From: an uncultured candidatus Porisulfidus sp.
GTDB taxonomy: Bacteria > Pseudomonadota > Gammaproteobacteria > Poriferisulfidales > Oxydemutatoraceae
Assembly: GCA_965215125.1 (NCBI GenBank)
Contig: OZ244052.1
Span: forward strand, 320,001-384,000
Reading direction: 5' to 3'
DNA: 64,000 bases
In this document: positions 54,101-63,100 of the stretch, piece after piece
Layout of the letters: each line of letters opens with the position of its first letter
How positions within the stretch are numbered: the stretch's first letter is position 1
The notes under the pieces: generated by a model
Seen by the model: the letters and a program-made list of their open reading frames with translations, nothing else
What the model was told of the DNA's origin: nothing
The model's database searches: none
Translations under genes and position numbers: made by a program

Positions 54101-57100
54101 ATCGCATAGCTATTCTCAATGCGACTGCGATTGTCGTTTAGGGCAACCAAACCACCTGCCAATGCCACCGATAATCCGGCCGCTAGATTAGCTTTCACTT
54201 GTGTCTCGGCATACGACTCGGTAATGGAACCGGCAACATTCCTGCCGACCAAGCCACCCACCATTGCCGATGTGCCGTTACCTCTTGCCATCACAGAACC
54301 GACGACATAACTCCGGCGAATGTCGCCCGCTCGGTTAGTGCCGACCAGACCACCGACATGCGCACCTCCGACTATATCTACACTCGTTAAACCAATACCT
54401 TCTATTAAGACATCGCTTTTGCTACCGTCTAGCACACCGAACAGTCCGATATAGTCGCTATCCGGGCTATTCACTCTCAAATTAGAAATCGTATAGCCGT
54501 TGCCTTTGAATATTGCCGTGAACGGATGTAGCGAGGTGCCTATCGGCTGCCAGCCTGACCCGGTAGTCCAGGCGGTGTTCACGCTCCCTGCTCGGTAATG
54601 TGCCGGATTATCAAAGTCCAAATCTTGCAACAGCTCATAGCCTTTGCAGCCGGTCATCGGACAACCTTTGGCACTTTCTATCAATACACCATCGGCGTTT
54701 TGATATCTCAGACTTCTGCCGTCCAACGCATTGCGTATCGCATCCAAATCTTCCAGTGTTAGAATATCTATCAACCCATCTTTATCGGTATCCACATCCC
54801 CTTCAAAACCGGAAGAGAAATAATCGACTTCAAAGCGATATCGGATGCGCCGATCCCCCGAAACTTCAACACTAATCACAGTCGTATCGGTCGAACGCAA
54901 CACAATTGCCGAACTGGTAGTGCCGGTTTTGATCGTCTCGTCAAAACCATTATCACTAACGATGCGAATGGTTGCATCCTCATCCAATGCATTCGGTATC
55001 AAATGTAACTGCTTTATGTTTGCATCCAACTCTATGCCGATTCGATAATACAATTTAGTCGTATCGAAGTTCGGAGATAGCGTCACAATCTCTGCAATCG
55101 TTAAACTTGTCAAACCATAAGACTGTAAGCCGGTGAGCGTGCTTTCGGTGTTGGTGGTATATTTAAGAATCGGATAGTGATATACATCGCCGAAATGCCA
55201 ATCGCTATCGTCCCACCGGTAATACGCTCCGCTTGCATCCGACGATTGACCGGTGCCCGATTGTAGTTGTACGGTAGTCTTGCCGACACCGCCGGCAGAT
55301 TCATGTAGGTTGCTCGTAGCGATATCCCAATAGCTATTTACCGCAATACCCCCGACATTGCTACCGATTAGCCCCCCTGTGGCAACCGTATACGAGGTGC
55401 ATGCAGGCACACCCGTGCATACAATATCCGCCGTCGCATAACTGTTGCCAACCGAACCACTGTTCTCACCGATCAAACCACCGATAAGTGCGACTCCTTC
55501 GACACCACCGCTTGCATAAGTGTTTGCAATAGAACCGAGGTTCAAGGCGACCAAACCGCCGATGCCGGTGTCGCCCGATACACGACTCAAGCTGTAGCTG
55601 TTTGTAATCACCCCGGTACTTTCGTTGCGGGCGATCAAACCACCGACCGAAGATCCACCCGATACCGCACCGTAAGCATAACTATTGGAAATACGACCGA
55701 CATTGTAGGCAACCAAACCCCCGACGGCATGTTCTCCTGCCAACGTACCATCGGCAGAGCTGTTGTCTATAACCCCGGCATTATAGGTAGCTAGACTTCC
55801 GACACCGAAGCGACCCCCGACCTCTACATCCGTCAAATTAACATTTTTGACTTGCGCACCGTCGGCTAATGCCGCAAATAGACCGACATTGTCGGTGGCA
55901 GTTTTATCGATACGCAGATTTGAAATAGTATGATTGTTGCCGTCGAATATCGATGCAAAGCATCGGCTTTGCGTATCGTTGCAATCAAGCGTCGTAGCGT
56001 CGATTACTCCGATCGGATGCCAGTCAAAACCGGAAAGGTCTATGCTCGCCGCAAGTTCGTAGCCTTTACAACCGAGGGTCGGGGTGGTCGGACACCCCAC
56101 GGTAATTTTGGTGTCGTCGCGACTCGCTTTATAACCGCTACCGTCCAGTTGATAACGAATCGCATTCAAAGCGTCCGCACTGCGAACCTCTATCAAACCG
56201 TCGTCGTCTTCGTCTATGTCATTGACGGTAACAAAAGAGTGTTTGCTTACCCTAATACTATAGAGCGTCGTTTGCGTAGTTCTAGATACCAAAGGATCCT
56301 CCACTGTCAACGTCAGCAAAAGATCATTGATATTGTCTATCGTAAGCGTAGTGACTTCACCGCTTCGTAATTCCATGCGCGGGTTCGTTTCGCTGTCGTC
56401 GTTGAGCGTAATCACCGCATTCGGGTTAAATGTATATGGAATGATGCTGAACTCACGCGCATCGCTTTTTAATATCAACTCGTAATCGTATATCCCGGAA
56501 TTAAAGTCGGGTCTTAATAGCAGAACTTGACCGGTTCGATTTGAGCGCGCCAGATTACTTAGACCAATACCCTGACCCGGCAATAGGTTTCCACAAATCG
56601 GCAGTTCGACGCCTTCGTCTCCGGTTTCTCGACATGCCGGGCGAGCGACTACATCGGTAGCACTGGTATATCTCAAAACCGGATATTGCAAACTGCTTTC
56701 GGAATACCAATCGTTGTTATCCCAGTTGCTATAGATCCCATCTCCGATCGCAGGTGTTTGAAGCTCTGCTGTCATCTTGCCGATACCGGCGACCGATTCT
56801 GTTGTATCGCTCGTATCGATATCCCAATAACTCGCATTGACGGCATCCCTAATCTCGGCATTCGCAGTACTGCCTACTAATCCACCGATAAGACTTTTGC
56901 CCGTCACTTTGCCGATTGCATAGTTATTGTTCACCTTTGTCGTATCCAGTAATAATCTACCGATCAAACCACCGATGTGAATATTACCCGAAACATCGCC
57001 GGTCGCATAACTATTAACGATCTCTCCACCGAAATAACCGGCTAAACCACCTACATAGTCATTTCCGACAACCGTACCGCTTGCATAACTATTACGAATG

Positions 57101-60100
57101 GTCGGACTCCTCTCATTTTCATTTAAGGCTCTACCTCCGTGTATACCCACCAAACCTCCCGCAACACGATTATTCGTTTTCATACCAACCTGCACATCAA
57201 CACGAGTATAGCTATTAACAATCACACCCCGAGGATTCCTACCGACCAAACCACCTACGAACAAATCACCTTGAACACGACCGCCTACCACATAACTGTT
57301 GATGATTTTGCCGTGATTCTCACCTACCAAAACACCGATATCAAACAGACTATGCCGATCATTATCAACATCAATATTCACATTGAGTAGACCGATATTC
57401 TCAATTCTCGCATCATCCGCCACAACACCGAATAAACCGATATCACCGACAGGTATACCGTGGATCCTCAAGTTTGATATCGTATGCGCATTCCCGCTAA
57501 ATAAACCGCTGAAAGGATTGTGATGGTTTCCTATCGGTTGCCAACCCGCACCGGTCGTCCATATCGGGTTGAGATTACCGGTACGATAACTCGTAGGATT
57601 CTTAAAATCCAAATCTCTAGCCAATTTATAACCCTTACACCGCCTCACACCGTCCTCGGTATCTATAGGACAATCCTTCAAAGTGGAGGATACCTGCGCC
57701 AGAGAGTAACGCATTAGATCCAAGTCCTCTAGATAATCAATCGTTATCAAACCATCGACTACTGCAATATTTTGCAATACCTTAATCGTATAGCGTGTCG
57801 GCATGCCCGGCGTTGCAGATTGAACTCTAATCATGATGCTGTCTAAATTGTCGTTTAGAGTAAACAATGAACTTCGCCCACTACTCGTAGATGAATTCAA
57901 ATCACCTGCGTCTACGGTGATTGTATCGCTACCGTAATAAGCGGTCGGTGTGGTACGAAACTCGTCGCCCGAACCAACGACTAAATGATAGTCGTATATC
58001 TCGGGATTAAACGCCGGAATCAAATGGGCATTTTTTGAAAACTCCAGCCGAACCAACCCGGCACGTTGCTCGGGTAGCAAGGCACCACAATACGGTGTCT
58101 GTTCCGGTAATCTCGGTAAATGACTACGACATACGACCGCCCTATCATGCTCCGACAAGGTTGCAAACAACCCACCGTTGCAAGCGGATAATTGCTCAAG
58201 CGACGGCTGCCTGCATACCATGTCGTTGGCATTGCCTGGCACATAAAGCAACGCCGGATATTGCTCTGCATTACCGAAGTGCCAATCGGCTCTATCCCAC
58301 TCGGTATAGATATCATCCGACGGCATACCCGACTGTAGTGCCATCACAGTTTTATCGGTACCGATCAGTGAATCGGTCCTAGAGATAACCGCACCTGCTT
58401 TGTAGTAGCTATTAACAATTAAACCTCCGAAAGCTATCAGCCCCCCCGCTAAATTACCATTTGTCCGCACGCGCACATCACCCACTGCATAACTATTGTG
58501 AATTTTCGCACTCTTCGGGCTACTACCAACCAAACCACCCGCCAAGCCGTTATTCGCTCTTACGGTACCGACGGCATAGCTATTAACAATAAAGCCACCT
58601 GTTTCGTTCCAACCGACCAGACCGCCTGCGTAAATATTATTTGCGTGTACGTCAACATTCGCATAGCTATTAACGATCATGCCGCCATTATTTCTGCCGA
58701 CCAAACCGCCGACGTAGCTGTTCAAAACGACTAGCTTGCCCTCTGCATGGCTATTGATAATCGTGCCGAAGTTATAGCCGGCTATGGCACCGACATTACT
58801 CTGTCCGGCGATATTCACATTCACCAGACCGACATTCTCAACTCTGCCACGCACCCCGATTACTTCGAATAGACCCATACCGATAGTATTGCCCATTTTT
58901 ATAGTCAAATTGGATATCGTGTAACCGTTGCCGTTGAATACACCGCTAAAAGGTTCACTCAAACTACCTATGGGTTGCCACTCAATCCCGGCAAGGTCTA
59001 TGTCGGCAGTCAATTCATATCCTCTGCAGCCGTTGGAACAATAGATCGCATCGGTGGTTTCGCTTTGTTGATAGGCACCGCCGTCCAAGCGATGGCGGAC
59101 GGCATTCAAATGTGTCGCATTACTAATCTCTATTAATCCATCGCCGTCTTCGTCTATGCTTTGAGCGACGATGTCGAGCCGATTGATGACGAATTGATAT
59201 CGATACGAATGTCGTTTGCCGTCTTTTACGACCAAACTAAAAACCGTATCGCCGGTGTCGTTCAACGGTATCGGCACCGTCCATTCACCGCTATCGGTTT
59301 CTCCTATTGAGGTGCCATCCTTAAAAACTTCAATCGTTGCTACTGCATTAAACGCAGTCGGTAACATGCGAATAGTACTGCGATCGGCATTGACCGATAC
59401 ACCGTAATCAAATGATGTAAATGCAAAAGGACTGGACAAACCTGCGCCTTCGGATAATTTTAGGTCTTGCAATAGGCTCCCTTGATGACGAAGCAAAGTG
59501 TGGCACGCATCGGGACGTCTCTGAATATCCGCCACATCACAATGTGCATCACCATCGGTAAAGTCGGCATCCAAATTATACCTAATCGCCGGATATTGCT
59601 CATCGGTGCCGAAATCCCAATCGTCGGTATCCCAATTTTTATAAATACTATCGGTCGGTGTCGTTGGTGCTTGCGATTGAAGCGCGACGGTACGCTTGAG
59701 CTCGCCTAGAGTCACCTGAGCTTGTGAGATATCTTTATCCAAATAACTTGTGTGAACGGTCGGTGCACGCTGATCGCTCGGGTTCCTATTGCCACCGAAT
59801 AAGCCTTGTGGCATATCGGCTCTGGTTGCCGAAACACTCGCATAGCTGTTGCTGATTTCAACAGCCGACGATGTGCGCACGCCGATTAAACCGCCTATAA
59901 ACGCATCATCGTGTTCTGCCGTAATCGTGCCGACTACATAGCTGTCGGTGATAGTTAAATCGGAGTCTACATCGCCGACCAAACCGCCGGCAACTGCCGA
60001 TCGACCGTTGACGGCAAGATTACCGACAAAATAACTATTGCTAATTCGGGCACGCCCGCCACCCGTTGCGCTAATAGTATTTATCAAACCGGCAACAGCG

Positions 60101-63100
60101 GTACTTCCCTCTATATTCCCTATCACATAACTATTGCTTATCGTACACCGCTTACACGATGCGGCAATTCCGGCAACCACATCCTCTTTAATATCCACAC
60201 CCGACAATCCGATACCGTCTATATGGGCAACACGACTATCGCTACCTATCGTTGTAAAAAGACCGCCTCTGGCCAATCTAGAATTTTGCCTCACTCTTAA
60301 ATTGGCAATCGTTTTATTATTGCCCTTGAATGTGCCGGTGAAAGTTGCTTCGTCTAATCCGATCGGTTGCCAGGCACCCACACCCGTCCATCGTCCCATA
60401 TTCTTCTCGGCATTGCGATAACTACCGGCATCGTTAAAATCCAAATCTCTTAACAATTCATAACCACGACATCCCGCACTCGGACAACCCGAGGTAATCT
60501 TGATGGACTCGTCATCCGCTCTATAGCCGCTACCGTCCAACTGATAGCGGATCGCATCCAAATCTTCCAAATAATCGATATCGACGAGACCGTCGCCGTC
60601 TTCGTCTATAACCCTATGGCTAGCGTAGTTCAAATAAAGCGTATACCTCACCGTCTGTGTGCCTTTTACTTCAACGACAACTTTTTTTATCCCGTCATTT
60701 TTCAACGAAATCGGAGCACTTGTATCGTGACTATCTACCATTTCTCGTCTATCTCCCATAAAACTAATATGCGCAGTTGATTCCATTGCCACCGGTATCA
60801 AGCGTATACTCGGATGTTCTCCGATCACCGTGCCTGAGTAAACGCCGCTTTGGTTGAGCCTCTCAATATCAAGCGGTGGATAGAATGTAACATCGTTTGC
60901 TGACGTTAAATCACGCAAACCATAGCGCAAACCCGGCGATATTAGATCTCCACATTGCGGCAACCCCGATGAACCACACTCAAAAACACCCTCGGTTGCA
61001 GTGGTATATTTAAGTATCGGGTATTGCCGACTGTTGCCGAAATCCCAATCGTCGGTATTCCAATCTTTATAAATGCTATTCGTCGGCATCGTAGAGTTCT
61101 GTGATTGAAGCTGTGCTGTAGTCTGTCCGATGCCGTTGCCACTTCCGGCAGCAATCGTATCGGTATTCCAGTAGCTGACGACGATTGTGCCGCCATCGTT
61201 TATGCCGACTAAACTACCTATACCTATTGCATTGCCGCTGCCTACCAGGTTGCCGACCGCATAACTACTTTTTATAGAGCCAAGGTTATATCCAACCAAC
61301 CCACCTGCGATAGCACCAACAATACTAACCGCTGCATAACCGTTAATAATCCGTGCTTTCGAAGCATTCCAACCGACCAGACCGCCGATAATAGTACTAC
61401 CTCCTCCCGGCAGAACCTTACCGGTTGCATAACTATTGGCAATCAAACTCCGATTAAGACCCACCAAACCACTAAACCGCGCGCCTGCCGAACTCGGTAT
61501 TACGATACTATCGGCATGACTATTGATAATCTTGCCGTTGTTATCTCCGATTAGACCACCGAGCGATGAAGTTCCGGACACTTCGGCTATTGCATAACTG
61601 CCGATAACCTCTCCGCCGTCGTTACTCGCAACCAGACCACCGCCCACACCCTCGATACTTTTTGATACAACACTGCCACTGACATAGCTATAGCCGACTT
61701 GCCCTCGGTGCGTGCCGATTAGTCCGGCAACTTTAGCTCCACCTTCTACTTTCACATTCAACAAACCGATATTGCTTATCAGTGCAGCGGATGTGCTAAC
61801 TCCGAATAAACTTTGATTGTCGGCATCGTCTCTATTTATCTGCAAACCCGATATCGTATAACCGTTGCCGTCAAAGCGACCGGCAAAAGGCTCCGACTCG
61901 TTGCCTATAGGCACCCAACCCGTATCGGTGGCATCCTGGTAATCATCTACCGTCCAAAAAATCCTATTCAACGGATCCAGATAACTCTCGCTATCTGCAA
62001 AATCTAAATCTCTAGTTAACTTATAAGAGCCCGTCGGTCGATCTCGTATCGCATCTAAGTCTTCTAGGTAGTTAATCGGCATAATCCTATCGTCGGTAAT
62101 GCTTTGATAATCGATATACAGCGCATAGCGTACGGTTACAGTTCCTTGCACTTCAATGTGAATACGCGTCATACCGATTGGCTGCAAAGAAATTGCTTTA
62201 CTCGTCTCGCCGCTTCGGATGCCGTCGTACGCGGTGTTGTCGTCGCCGATATAAAAACGAATGTGTGCGGCCTGCTCTATCGCCGTCGGAATCAATCGTA
62301 TCACATTAGCGGTACTGCTCAGACTACCGATATAAATACCGCTTCGGTTTTGTGCCTCTGTATCAAACTCGGGGGATAAGGCAACACCGTCCGCCGTCGC
62401 CAAACTACGCAAACCATAGCGCAAGCGCGGCGATATCAACTCGCCGCATTGCGGCAATCCCGGCACACCGCAGGCATCGCCGTCGGGTCCCGGTGCATAT
62501 TTGAGTATCGGATACTGCGCGCTGTTGCCGAAATCCCAATCGGCATCGTCCCATTCTTCGTATATCCCGATTGACGCAGTGGGTAATTGCATTTGTCGCG
62601 TACTCTGTCCGCTCCCGTGACCATTTTGTACACCTCCAATCTCAACATTCCAATAGCTTGCTCTAATGCTTCCTCCATTGATCGCAACCAAACCGCCACC
62701 ACTTCCCTGCACCCTACCGACGGCATAACTGTTGGTAATCATTGCCGCTGATATTTGATTAGTACCGACCAAGCCGGCTACACTACTATTTCCGGAAACT
62801 TCGCCGTTTGCATAGCTGTTGGTTATAGACCCTCGGTTGATACCGGTTAAACCCCCTACGAACAGATCCCCTCCCACATCACCGCCGGCATAGCTATTAA
62901 TCACGCGTGCGTTGATAGCATTCCAACCTATAAGACCCCCCACATTGTCGGATCGTCTTTCCAATATCCGAACCGTTGCATGACTATTGATTACTATACC
63001 CTCATTGGTGCCGACTAAACCGCCCAGATGGCTCGAAACCGAACTTTGCATCGAAATATCCGAGCCGGCATAGCTATTGATGATTTTACCGTGGTTCACT

